A stretch of 64,000 nucleotides of DNA from Planctomycetota bacterium (GTDB lineage: Bacteria; Planctomycetota; PUPC01; JACPCR01), in NCBI GenBank assembly GCA_016179685.1, contig JACPCR010000061.1:28336-92335 (forward strand), read 5' to 3'. Within the stretch, counting starts at the first letter, position 1, and every line of letters starts with the position of its first letter. This document shows, in pieces, positions 47,853-57,629 of the stretch. The notes under the pieces are model-generated. The model did not search any database. It saw only the letters and a program-made list of their open reading frames with translations, and was not told the DNA's origin. The translations under genes and the position numbers were made by a program.

Positions 47853-48011
47853 TGTGCCGATTTCGAAGCGCGGGAATATTTCAGAACTCGAGTACTGGAG
47901 GGGCATTCTCGGGTAGGACGAATCGGCGCGGTCCGAAAGTCGCGCCCGGCCTGTGTTGCGAGAGCCCGAGGGATGGATAGAACGATGAGGAGTCATGAGG
48001 GGATACATTGA

Positions 48012-48374
48012 ATGGGAAGGACTCCTGTTACCGTGATAGTTTGTAATCCGGCCCAGCTTGACCGAACGTGGGAAGGGCTTTTTCTCGTGGATACTGACGC
48101 CGTGGATTGCTGGGTAGCCGGCGAATATTTGCGGGGTATCGGTATCGAGCCCCGCGGAAAACGTTTCTATGAATGGGCTGATGGCTCGGAGGTCAAGTTC
48201 GATATCGCGACGGGGGAGACCAAATTTATGGGCGATATGGTGGGAACGACCGTCATTTTCGTCTCCGATGACGCCGAACCCATTCTGGGTGTCACGGCAT
48301 TGGAGTCCGCAGGTATTGAAGTGAATCCGCGCAGCCAGCGAATGAAGCGCCTGCCGGCGCCGCGTCTAAAATAG
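48012..48374 (+). CDS. Small clan AA aspartic protease homolog with altered catalytic motif
   Basis: FLVDTDA (normally DTGA), WADG and ILGVTALESAG. Confidence 0.75.
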   Translation: MGRTPVTVIVCNPAQLDRTWEGLFLVDTDAVDCWVAGEYLRGIGIEPRGKRFYEWADGSEVKFDIATGETKFMGDMVGTTVIFVSDDAEPILGVTALESAGIEVNPRSQRMKRLPAPRLK

Positions 48375-48505
48375 TCAACGCACGCATTTTTGACGAATCG
48401 CCCATTCGCTTCGAAGGACCGTTAAGAAACGGCATCCTGTCGAGGGGGCCTGATGCCCCTTGCGGACGTGCCTCCCACAAGGGTGTCGTCATCGGAGAAA
48501 CGCCT

Positions 48506-49834
48506 ATGCCTCTTCACTTCAAGCCCGTGGTCGAGGTCGAGCAGGACGTCTATCGTTATGAGCCGGCGAACAACGGCGCATCGCCGTTGTGGTGTCACGG
48601 ATCGACTTGCCTCGCGCGCATCGGGTCGGACGTCTTCGCCACCGGGCTCGAGACCCTTCCAGACCAGAAGCCGCTGCTCAACTGCCGCTGGATGCTGTTC
48701 CACCGGCGTGATGACGAAAAAGAGTTCCACCTTGTCTGCCGCGACCTTCGCGAGCGCACGCGTGAGCCGAGTCCCATCGCCTGTTCTCAGGACGGCCGCT
48801 TCTTTGTCTCAGTGAATCCCACGCTCACGGACCTGACGAAGTACAGCGGTCCCGCCAGGCCGCAGGTGCTCGAGCTGACGGTGCGGGACCCGTTTGCGCC
48901 CTGGAAGAGCCTGTCCCCGCGCTGGGAGGGTGAGCCGGCCTTCACCGAGCACTCCTACCGCACCTTCACGGCCGACGGAAGCCGAGGCGAGTTGCTGCTC
49001 CTGCAGAATACGGGCTATGACCGCGCCTGGTGGAGCTTCCGGGACTCGAACGGCGAGTGGTCCGCCTGCGGGCACGTCGACTGGCCCTGGGGCGGCGAAT
49101 ACGTTAAGCCGCAGCCGGTCCGGCTCTGCTACCCGAACGTGGTTCTTGCCGACCGGGCCGTTCATTTCTTCGGTGTGAGCGACATTGTCGAGCCGAATCC
49201 GGCATGGAAGGCTTACAAGAAGGAGATCACGGGCCGGGAATGGGATTTTGACTTCCGCCGACTTTTCTATTCCTGGACGCCGGATATCACGCGGCAGCCC
49301 CTTCATCCGTGGATCGAGGTCGCCAGCCGAGAGAAGACTTGCGGCTGGCTTCAGATGGGCGACCTCTGGCTCGCGCCCGACGGGGCGGTCCACCTGCTCT
49401 GGCACGATCGAAGCCTGGACGAACGCCTGCGGCAGAAGTTCTTCCCGGGCGAACGCCTCACGATTTCACTGGAGTACGCCGTTCTGCGGGACGGGCGGAA
49501 AGTGTTTCAGGGGACCCTGGCCGTTTCCGGCGATGGCGGCACGGGCGAGGTCCCCGGCGCCGGCCGCTTTCAGGTCGCCGAGGATGGCCGTCTTTTCGTC
49601 CTGTATGCAGTCACCTTGGCCGGAGGCGCCATCGAGAATCGGATTCTGGAGATTCGGCCTGGCGGCCACGCCACCGGTCCGATGCGGATTCCGCTGGCGA
49701 AGCCCTTCGTGCCGATGTTTTTCACGGCGACGACTCGAGGCGGCTCGCGCCCTTCGAACGTCATCGATGTGCTGGGCCACGGCGCGGGCGACCCACAAAC
49801 GATCCGGTACGCCCGCATCCGGATCACGGAGTAG
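48506..49834 (+). CDS. Hypothetical protein, probable beta-propeller
   Basis: 442-aa ORF; GGAG RBS; beta-rich pattern. Confidence 0.72.
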   Translation: MPLHFKPVVEVEQDVYRYEPANNGASPLWCHGSTCLARIGSDVFATGLETLPDQKPLLNCRWMLFHRRDDEKEFHLVCRDLRERTREPSPIACSQDGRFFVSVNPTLTDLTKYSGPARPQVLELTVRDPFAPWKSLSPRWEGEPAFTEHSYRTFTADGSRGELLLLQNTGYDRAWWSFRDSNGEWSACGHVDWPWGGEYVKPQPVRLCYPNVVLADRAVHFFGVSDIVEPNPAWKAYKKEITGREWDFDFRRLFYSWTPDITRQPLHPWIEVASREKTCGWLQMGDLWLAPDGAVHLLWHDRSLDERLRQKFFPGERLTISLEYAVLRDGRKVFQGTLAVSGDGGTGEVPGAGRFQVAEDGRLFVLYAVTLAGGAIENRILEIRPGGHATGPMRIPLAKPFVPMFFTATTRGGSRPSNVIDVLGHGAGDPQTIRYARIRITE

Positions 49835-50124
49835 ACCCGGGGATTCGCTCAAAGGGGCCGTTCGGCCGTGCTTCGCGAAGCTCGAGGCGGCCGTTCCGGC
49901 GCAGTGGAGAGGTGTTCGACTGTGATGAGGAAGGCATGCAGGCTCAATGGCGGCGCCTTCACGTTCGCGCGTGCGGGCGTAGGGAGTTGCCGCCGTTTTC
50001 ATACCGGTGCGCTCACGACTATTTTCTGGCCTATGTGCGTGCGCGTGCTGGACACATGGATCAGAATTCAAGAATCGCGCCCGGGCGTACGGGAGTGAAT
50101 ACCCATTCCATTTTTGGAAAGCCT

Positions 50125-53100
50125 ATGGACGAGCCACGACATTCGTTTCGAATTGCCTGGATGGGTCTGTACCTCTGCTGCATTTTTTTTGTCGGCGAGT
50201 TTCATGCCACCGCGGCCCCATCTTGGGCCAAGGAATTCCCGCCCGACCCTCCCGTGCCGCTGTCGTTGCCCATCGATCTCGAGGCGGCCAAGAAGGAGTG
50301 GAAGATCGTCGGCGAGCCGAAGGTGATCGAGGACGAGATTCTCAAGCGCAAGGTTTTCATGGTGCCGCTCTACCAGGGCTTTTATCCGAGGTCCCTGGCC
50401 AGCTTTTCAGGCTCTTACGCTGCTGAAATGCTCGTGAGGCTGTCGGACCCGAAACAGGGCTATGGTGGAGCGTCGCTGCGAGTGGGCGTTCGGGACAAGA
50501 ACGGCGCGGCCTCACCGGCTTACTCGATCTCGATCGGAAGGTACTACGAACGTGGATACATCCTCACACCTGCCTTGGGTGAATCGACGCTGTGGACCCA
50601 GCCGCACCGGCTGCCCGGCGAGCGCAAGACCTCCTGGTCGGTCTGGGACCCTCTTTACGGCATGGAGCGATTCCCGCCGGACAAGATTTCGCCGCTCTGG
50701 GACGAGGACTTTCGCATCGGTGTAGAGAACGGCATGGCCAAGGTGCCGAAGGTGCATGAGCGCTGGCATCGAGTGCGGATCGAGGTGCGGGATGGCCGCG
50801 CCCGGTGCTACCATGGCGGCATGCTCGTCGCCGACGAGGAGAACCGCGTGCAGGCCGACGGCGCGGTCCAGCTCGATCTGTCCGGGGAGGCCCGCGTGGC
50901 CTCGCTCGTGTTGCAGCCCCTCGTGGACCGGCCCAGCGCCTACTATCCCGTGCCGCTGGATGACATTCTGAATGCTCGGGGCCCCGTCGATCCCGCGACT
51001 TTGCCGGCCGCGGGACGGGAGGCCTCCGTCGCCGGCGTCCCCTTCCTCTTCCCGCCTCGGAGCGACCAGGCCGACCACGTCGACGTGGGTCAGAGCTTTT
51101 TCCGCTACGGGCTCGGCCAGGGCTACGGGGACGCGGACCCGATGACCACGTGGCCGACGGTGACGGTGCTCGATCCGGCCATGATCCGGCTGAGGGTGCC
51201 GAACCAGGCCTACCAGCGCCTATGGATTCTGGCGGCATCGGATGGCGAGCCGAACAGCACGCCGGTGATGACCGTTCGTTTCTACAGGGGCTACAAGGGG
51301 TGGCCGCTGGACGCGGCGACCCGCGTCCCGGAGTTCACGGCGAAGTCCTCGCCGAAGGAGGCGCTGCAGATGCCCATCGAGACCGTGGATGGGGGCGACC
51401 GCATCCATCTGAAGCCGCGCCCGGTATTCGAGCCCGAGCGCCTGAAGGTGAGGATGACCGATGGCAGTGCGGGCAGCCTCTGGCTCGTCCCGATCGAACT
51501 GGATGCGGGTGCGCTGGCATCGGACTTTAGGGAGGAGCCGGCGCTCTGCATCGAGCTGACGAAAGAAGTGAAGGACTACCGCGCTTTCCCGGACCCCATG
51601 TTCTACGGCAGCTACCCGGCTGGCCTGCCCAGCGCCGTGCGCGTTTATGCCCTCACGCTGGAGAGGGCGCCGGTTTCCGTCATCTCCTCCGGCACCCGTC
51701 ATGGAAAGGTTTATCCCTCCCCCGAGCAGCCGGTCTGGGCGGTCGATCTCAAGAGCCAGTCGGCCTCCGATACCGTGGCGACGCTGCGGGTCGAGTGCGT
51801 CTCTCCGGGCGGCCGGCGGCAGACCTTCATCGAGGGCGTTCATGTCCCCGCGGGGCAGAAGGCCCGGCTCGAGTTCCTTCCCGAGCTGCCGGAGTTTGGC
51901 CTGTATGCCGTGCGAACGACCGTGACCACTGGGAAGGATGCTCAAGCGCGGAACGGGACGTTCCTGAGGTTACCACCGGACACGCGTGTGACGAACGAGC
52001 ACAACAGCCGCTGGGGCCTCTGGTGCTGGGGTGGGGGGCACGAGACGGAATCGGACCCGGACAACAACATGCAGATTCTGCGGGCGCTGGGCAGCCGCAT
52101 CGGCGGGCAGTTCGAATACGAGAAGCGGCAGAAGTGGGGCATCGGCCCCACGGCTTCCCTGTGCTCGAATCTTTACTTCGACCTTCCGGAATGGTCGAAG
52201 AAGGAGCCGTATGATCCCGCCGAATACGAGAAGTTCAAGGAGACCTTCTCCAAGGAAATCGAGGACCGGATCAAGAAGGACCCGGGCATCGAATACTTTT
52301 CCGTCTTCGCCGAGCACATGATCTCGCTGCCCATCACGCACAACATGCCGCCGGAAATGTTCGGCAAGCCATGGCACGAATACACGGAGGCCGAGAAGGT
52401 GTCCATCCGTGCGCATTTCATCAGCGCGAAGGCCGCCTTCGAGGCATGCCGCAAGGCCGCCCCGAAGGCCAAGTTCCTTTTCGGGCACTGCGGCCCCCTC
52501 TTCTCGCTCCCCTTCATGCGCATGGGCTACGACAAGCAGCTTTTCGACGGCTACGGCGTGGACTCGCCGCAGTTCGAGCGCATGCCCGAGCGGCCCCCGC
52601 GGTCCGTCGAAGCCAATATCATGTATTTTCTCAAGGAGGACATGAAACGGCTCGGCTACGACAAGGAGCTGGTGCACGTCGAGTCCTACTATCCTTCGAG
52701 CCATCCGTTGGCGCTCGGCTTCCGCCGTTCCGCGGACAGCGTGGTCCGGACGGCCGTCTTGTCTCTGGCGCTCGGCTCGGACCGTTTCTTTGCCTGCTGG
52801 ACGACGCACGACTGCGAAGGCTACTGGGGCAGCCAGCACTACGGCTGCATCGGCATGATCAGTCGAAAGCCGGAGTACAACCCGAAGCCGGCGGCCGCGG
52901 CCTTCGCCACCCTGACCCAGATGCTGGACACTGCCCTGTACGACGGCTGGCTTCCGACCGGCTCGCGCACCGCTTACTGCGTGCGCTTCAAGGACTCCGA
53001 TAAATGGATATACAGCCTTTGGACCCTGCGGGGGACACGGCCGATAACGCTCCACGCGCCGGCGAACTGCAAGCTGGTCCGGGTGGACGAGAATGGCAAC

Positions 53101-54336
53101 TCCACGCCGATGGCGCTCGTCGAGGGGCGGGCCACGGTCACGCTTTCCGAGACCGCTTTCTGGGTCGTAGCACGGGGCGCACCCATCGAAAAGGCGGAGG
53201 TCGGCGCGCCCGACTACAGCGCCGAGTCCCTCATCGCCCGTTCCAGCGGGGAGGCGATCGCCTCCCCGCGCGGGCCGGCCGCGCGATATCTCCTCGAGGA
53301 CTTCGAGGCCCGGGAATGGTCCACCAGCGCTGAACGCGATGTCCGTTACGATACGAATTGCTGGGACGTGGTCCGCACGCCGGGCCCGTTCCAGTTCGAA
53401 CGCGTCCACTCGCCTGAACGGCAGTCCCGGGTCGTCCGGGTCACCCTGACCGAGCGTCCCGGGGGCAAGCCGTTCGTGAGTTGGTACGGCAGCACTGCGC
53501 CGGCCCGTCCTCTCCCGATTCCCGGAAAGGCGCGGGCGTTGAGCGTGCGGGCCAAGGGCAATTCCGGCTGGGGCCGAATCGTTTACGTCGTCCAGGACGC
53601 CAAGGGCGAGGTCTTCCAGAGCGTGGGAACAAAAGACGACTGGAACTGCGACGACGTTCATTCCTGGTCCTATTTCAACTTCGACGGCTGGCGAACCATG
53701 GAATTCCCGTTGCCGGCCAATTCGCCCGGTGACGATTACCGTGAAATGGACAGTGTCTGGTGGAATCACTCGGAAGAGGGGATTGTCGATTTGCCCCTCC
53801 AGCTTGTCCGGATATTCATCGAAATGCAGACTCACCAGATTTACGTGGATGAGATGCTCCCCGTCGAGAATCTGACCATCGAGCTGGACGACCTCGAGGC
53901 GGTATACGACGATCCGGAGGACATGACGGAGAAGCCGGTCCTCGTCCAACGGTCCGCTGCCGGCACGTTGAAAGCCAGGGCCACGGGCGGCTCGCTGCCG
54001 AACCCGATCGCCGGGCTGCGAGAGGCCGGCGTAGGGGCCGCGACGGAGATTCTGAAGGCCTACCGGCCCGAGCGGGAGTATGACGGCACCCGCATTCATC
54101 TCTCGCTCCGGCCGGTCGAAGGCGTCAAGGAATACCAGGTCTGGGTCAGCGCCTACGAGGACGGGCGCGGCGCCGTGGCTCACCTGAAAACGAAGGAGAC
54201 CGAGCCCCTGGTGACAGGCTTGAAGCCGAATGTCCCGCTCTATTTCTTCGTCACCTACACCGATGCGCAGGACAAGCCGTCCAAGCCCTCGGCCGTCCGG
54301 CGGACGGTGCTCAAGGACGAGTTCCCGATGAAGTAG
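50125..54336 (+). CDS. Large secreted putative glycoside hydrolase (clan GH-A-like barrel plus beta-sandwich domains)
   Basis: Signal peptide after ATG 50125; HVESYY and NPKPAAAAFATL; Fn3-like C-terminus. Confidence 0.65.
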   Translation: MDEPRHSFRIAWMGLYLCCIFFVGEFHATAAPSWAKEFPPDPPVPLSLPIDLEAAKKEWKIVGEPKVIEDEILKRKVFMVPLYQGFYPRSLASFSGSYAAEMLVRLSDPKQGYGGASLRVGVRDKNGAASPAYSISIGRYYERGYILTPALGESTLWTQPHRLPGERKTSWSVWDPLYGMERFPPDKISPLWDEDFRIGVENGMAKVPKVHERWHRVRIEVRDGRARCYHGGMLVADEENRVQADGAVQLDLSGEARVASLVLQPLVDRPSAYYPVPLDDILNARGPVDPATLPAAGREASVAGVPFLFPPRSDQADHVDVGQSFFRYGLGQGYGDADPMTTWPTVTVLDPAMIRLRVPNQAYQRLWILAASDGEPNSTPVMTVRFYRGYKGWPLDAATRVPEFTAKSSPKEALQMPIETVDGGDRIHLKPRPVFEPERLKVRMTDGSAGSLWLVPIELDAGALASDFREEPALCIELTKEVKDYRAFPDPMFYGSYPAGLPSAVRVYALTLERAPVSVISSGTRHGKVYPSPEQPVWAVDLKSQSASDTVATLRVECVSPGGRRQTFIEGVHVPAGQKARLEFLPELPEFGLYAVRTTVTTGKDAQARNGTFLRLPPDTRVTNEHNSRWGLWCWGGGHETESDPDNNMQILRALGSRIGGQFEYEKRQKWGIGPTASLCSNLYFDLPEWSKKEPYDPAEYEKFKETFSKEIEDRIKKDPGIEYFSVFAEHMISLPITHNMPPEMFGKPWHEYTEAEKVSIRAHFISAKAAFEACRKAAPKAKFLFGHCGPLFSLPFMRMGYDKQLFDGYGVDSPQFERMPERPPRSVEANIMYFLKEDMKRLGYDKELVHVESYYPSSHPLALGFRRSADSVVRTAVLSLALGSDRFFACWTTHDCEGYWGSQHYGCIGMISRKPEYNPKPAAAAFATLTQMLDTALYDGWLPTGSRTAYCVRFKDSDKWIYSLWTLRGTRPITLHAPANCKLVRVDENGNSTPMALVEGRATVTLSETAFWVVARGAPIEKAEVGAPDYSAESLIARSSGEAIASPRGPAARYLLEDFEAREWSTSAERDVRYDTNCWDVVRTPGPFQFERVHSPERQSRVVRVTLTERPGGKPFVSWYGSTAPARPLPIPGKARALSVRAKGNSGWGRIVYVVQDAKGEVFQSVGTKDDWNCDDVHSWSYFNFDGWRTMEFPLPANSPGDDYREMDSVWWNHSEEGIVDLPLQLVRIFIEMQTHQIYVDEMLPVENLTIELDDLEAVYDDPEDMTEKPVLVQRSAAGTLKARATGGSLPNPIAGLREAGVGAATEILKAYRPEREYDGTRIHLSLRPVEGVKEYQVWVSAYEDGRGAVAHLKTKETEPLVTGLKPNVPLYFFVTYTDAQDKPSKPSAVRRTVLKDEFPMK

Positions 54337-54345
54337 CACATCGTC

Positions 54346-54933
54346 ATGGGGAAGAAGCGTTCGGCCCGGTCGGTGATCCTGACGTTGGCAGGGGCGACAG
54401 TTGCAGGCCTTCTCATCCACTTCGCCATTGCACGGCTTGGCGGGACCGGCCGCATCTCCCTGGAGCGTTTGCTCTCTTCGCGCACCGAAGTGCTGATGGA
54501 AGAGGTCGGGCGCTTCGAGGGCTATCCCGTGGCGACTCGGCGGGAGGTCATCTCGTTGTTGAGGTCGGTCCTGCGCCGGGATGAAGAGAGCGAGCGTCGT
54601 TTTCGTGCGGCTCTGGCGCTGCACCAACTTCAGCCGCCGGATGTTGAGGAGGACTTTCTTGAAGCGCTAGCGGACTCGGAGGCCAGGGTCCGGGCGAGTG
54701 CGGCCACCTCGCTGGGCGCCTACGGATACGTGCCGGCGGTGCCGGGCCTGGTCGGCTTGCTCTGCGACCCGGACGTCACGGTCCGAAGGAGCGCCATCTA
54801 CGCTCTGGGCGAGATCGGCAGCCACGACTGCATCGAAGCCCTGAAATCGCTGCCCCGAGACGCCCTCGAGGACTCCCTCACCCGGCAGCGCGTCCAGGCC
54901 GCGCTCGAGTCGGCCGATCGGGCACGACCCTGA
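54346..54933 (+). CDS. Membrane-anchored HEAT-repeat protein
   Basis: N-terminal TM helix; VRASAATSLG and VRRSAIYALG repeats. Confidence 0.8.
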   Translation: MGKKRSARSVILTLAGATVAGLLIHFAIARLGGTGRISLERLLSSRTEVLMEEVGRFEGYPVATRREVISLLRSVLRRDEESERRFRAALALHQLQPPDVEEDFLEALADSEARVRASAATSLGAYGYVPAVPGLVGLLCDPDVTVRRSAIYALGEIGSHDCIEALKSLPRDALEDSLTRQRVQAALESADRARP

Positions 54934-54946
54934 CAGCGGTGTTCCT

Positions 54947-56452
54947 GTGATGCGATCATCGTTTCCCTATCTCCTGGTGGCGACCCTGCTGGCCGCGGGT
55001 CTCTCCGCTGGAAATCTGACCAAGGAGCTCTGGTTCGACGAGGCCTACACGCTCGGGCACTTCATCGCTCGCGGCTTTTTCGGGGTCTTCACCGACTACC
55101 ATTCCACCAATAACCATATCCTTTTCACTTTTCTCCTCGTGGGGTGGGTAAAGCTCCACCTGCTGCTCGACTGGCCCGAATGGTGTCTGCGCTTGCTGCC
55201 CTGGTCCTTCGCCCTTGCCTCCGTCGCCTGCCTCCACGCCGCGGTGCACGCCTGGCGCGGTCCCCTGGCTGCCTTTTACGCCGCCGTCCTTCTGGGGACA
55301 TCCCACGTCTTTCTCAACTTCTCATGCCAGGTTCGAGGCTACTCGCTTTCGGCCCTCGAGACCTCGCTCGCCCTGTGGCTGATCCTTCGGCTTCTGGAGA
55401 GGCCAACACGGATTGGCCTGGCCGCTTACGCGCTCGTCGCTCTGCTGGCCGTAGGGACGATTCCGACGAACGTGTTGCCCCTGAGCGCCCTGGCGGCGTG
55501 GGGCATCATCGAGCTGGTACACCGCGGCGCGCTGAAGAGCGCGGCCGGCCTCCGAGCCGCCGCGGTCATCGCTCTGGCCCCGCCGTCGGGCCTGCTCTGG
55601 TATCTCTGGCATCCCCGCGTGCGTTCCCAGTTCCTCCAACTCGTGCCGTCCGAGCCGGCCAGCTTCACAGCGGCCACGCGGGTCTGGGCTGACCTGGGGT
55701 ACGCCCTCCTTACCGACCTTCTCTGGCTGACGCCGCTTTTCATCGGCGGCGTTCTACTTCTGGGTCTTAGGCCGGACCTCGACGACGAGCGGAGTCGGCC
55801 CAGGCCTGGGTATTTTCTGCTCGCGGCGCTGACGCCGCTCCTGCTGGTCTTTCGCTTCAACAGCCTCTCGTTGTCGCGGGTCTTCTTCCCCTTCTTCCCC
55901 TGGTGGTTCGCAGGCCTGGGAATAGCTCTCGATGAAGCCTGCCGCCGCCTCGCACGGCGGTGGCCCAGGCTCGGACAACCTTTGCGCCTGCTCATCCTGG
56001 GCGTAGCGGCCCTGGCCGCATGCCGGGAGGCGACGTTCGTCACGGGGTATCGGGAGCGCTTGGCCTCGGAGCGGCCTCAAGGCGTTTATGACCAGTATTA
56101 CCAGGTGGACTTTTCGCCCCATGGGGTGATCGACTTTTTGAGCCGGGCCGGCGACTCGGGCCCCGGGGTCGCCCTGACGGACGAGAGCGACCATTATGCG
56201 CTGAAGTTCCACGCCTTTCTGTATGAATTTGCGCCCTTGTACTCCGCCGGAGGCGTGGGGTCTCGCGAGGCTTTCGCCGATGCCCTCGCCTCCGGCCGCG
56301 ACGTCTACCTGGTCTCCAACGGCCTTCTCAATGCCTGGTCCATGCTGGCCAAGGTCACGGAGAAAGAATTCAAGCTGGATGACTTGGCTCTTGTGCGGGA
56401 CACTGGCTTTTTCAAAATCTACGTCCTGCCTCGGCAGGGACTTCATCCGTGA
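54947..56452 (+). CDS. GT-C (PMT/ArnT-like) membrane glycosyltransferase, paralog 1
   Basis: LWFDEAYT, NNHIL, LRLLP and QVRGYSL motifs; many TM helices. Confidence 0.75.
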   Translation: MMRSSFPYLLVATLLAAGLSAGNLTKELWFDEAYTLGHFIARGFFGVFTDYHSTNNHILFTFLLVGWVKLHLLLDWPEWCLRLLPWSFALASVACLHAAVHAWRGPLAAFYAAVLLGTSHVFLNFSCQVRGYSLSALETSLALWLILRLLERPTRIGLAAYALVALLAVGTIPTNVLPLSALAAWGIIELVHRGALKSAAGLRAAAVIALAPPSGLLWYLWHPRVRSQFLQLVPSEPASFTAATRVWADLGYALLTDLLWLTPLFIGGVLLLGLRPDLDDERSRPRPGYFLLAALTPLLLVFRFNSLSLSRVFFPFFPWWFAGLGIALDEACRRLARRWPRLGQPLRLLILGVAALAACREATFVTGYRERLASERPQGVYDQYYQVDFSPHGVIDFLSRAGDSGPGVALTDESDHYALKFHAFLYEFAPLYSAGGVGSREAFADALASGRDVYLVSNGLLNAWSMLAKVTEKEFKLDDLALVRDTGFFKIYVLPRQGLHP

Positions 56453-57618
56453 AATCCATTCCGGTTGCCCTTATTTTGGTACTCCTGCTCGGCGCGGCCC
56501 TATCCGCGCCCTACCTGTGCAAAGACTTCTGGTTCGACGAGCGCTGGACGATCACGGACTTCGCGCCCCTGGGCTTCTGGGGCGTCTTCACGGAATACCG
56601 CCAGCCCAACAATCACATGGTCTTCACGTCGGTGCTCGTCCTCTGGATGAAGGTCTGCACGCTGCTGGACCTGCCGGAGAAGTGTCTGCGCCTCCTCCCG
56701 TGGCTTTTTTCCCTGGGCGCGGTCGCCGCCCTCTTTCTGTCCGTACGCGCTTGGCGCGGACCCCGCGCAGCCGTATGGGCCGGGGTGCTGCTCGTCACCT
56801 CCCATTTCTTCCTGCTGCACTCCTGTCAGGTCCGAGGCTATGCCCTTTCCTGCCTCGAGTGGTCCCTGGGCTTTGGCCTGACCTTCAGGATACTCTCGCG
56901 GCCCTCCGGTCCACTCCTCACTGCCTACGCCTTGGTGGCCACCTTGGCGGTGGGCACGGTGCCCACGAATCTGCCCATCTTCTTCTGCCTCGGCCTCTGG
57001 ATGGCCGCGGAATTGAAACGACAAGGCGATTGGAGTAGGGCGTATGGCAAGCTGCGGGCCGCCGCATGCCTGTTCGTTCCCTTGCCCGGCCTAGCCTTTT
57101 ATCTCGTGCATCCTAGGGTCCGCCAGCAATTCTTCGGTCACTCGATGAATCCTTTCTTCTGGAAGGACGTGAGGGAGCTGTACGAGGAGCTGGGGCATCG
57201 GCTGCTGCCGGATTTCCTGTGGTTGCTCCCGCTGGTCGCCGCGGGCCTGTATGCCGCCTGGCGAGGCGGACCGCATGGAAACACCCAGGACGTCCGACTC
57301 GGCCCAAGCCTCCCCCTCTTCGCTCTGGCTTCGGTCATTCCGTTGGCGGGCGGGCTCTTTCTGGCCTACTATGCCCGCAATTTTGTGCCGATGCTGCCCT
57401 GGTGGTCCGCAGCCTGCGGCCTGGCGCTGGACGAAGCCTTCGTGTGGCTTGAGACGGGGTGGCCGCGAGCACGCCGATGGGCAGCGGCGCTCCTGGTGGT
57501 GGTCGTCCTGTCGGCCGCGGCACGCGAAGTCCTGCTGTTCCGCAAGCTGGGCGGCCGCTGGGTGCCCGCCGCGGCCGTCTCGAAGTCGGACACGTCCGAC
57601 ACGTCCGACTCCTGCTGA
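56449..57618 (+). CDS. GT-C membrane glycosyltransferase, paralog 2 (shorter C-terminus)
   Basis: FWFDE, NNHMV, LRLLP and QVRGYAL motifs; GTGA overlap with paralog 1. Confidence 0.72.
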   Translation: MKSIPVALILVLLLGAALSAPYLCKDFWFDERWTITDFAPLGFWGVFTEYRQPNNHMVFTSVLVLWMKVCTLLDLPEKCLRLLPWLFSLGAVAALFLSVRAWRGPRAAVWAGVLLVTSHFFLLHSCQVRGYALSCLEWSLGFGLTFRILSRPSGPLLTAYALVATLAVGTVPTNLPIFFCLGLWMAAELKRQGDWSRAYGKLRAAACLFVPLPGLAFYLVHPRVRQQFFGHSMNPFFWKDVRELYEELGHRLLPDFLWLLPLVAAGLYAAWRGGPHGNTQDVRLGPSLPLFALASVIPLAGGLFLAYYARNFVPMLPWWSAACGLALDEAFVWLETGWPRARRWAAALLVVVVLSAAAREVLLFRKLGGRWVPAAAVSKSDTSDTSDSC

Positions 57619-57629
57619 AGGGTGTGAAA

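Noticed and set aside
49309-50124. 272-codon N-terminal extension of the 1675-aa ORF
   Set aside because: It overlaps the upstream gene and is Arg/Pro-rich noise; a signal peptide follows ATG 50125
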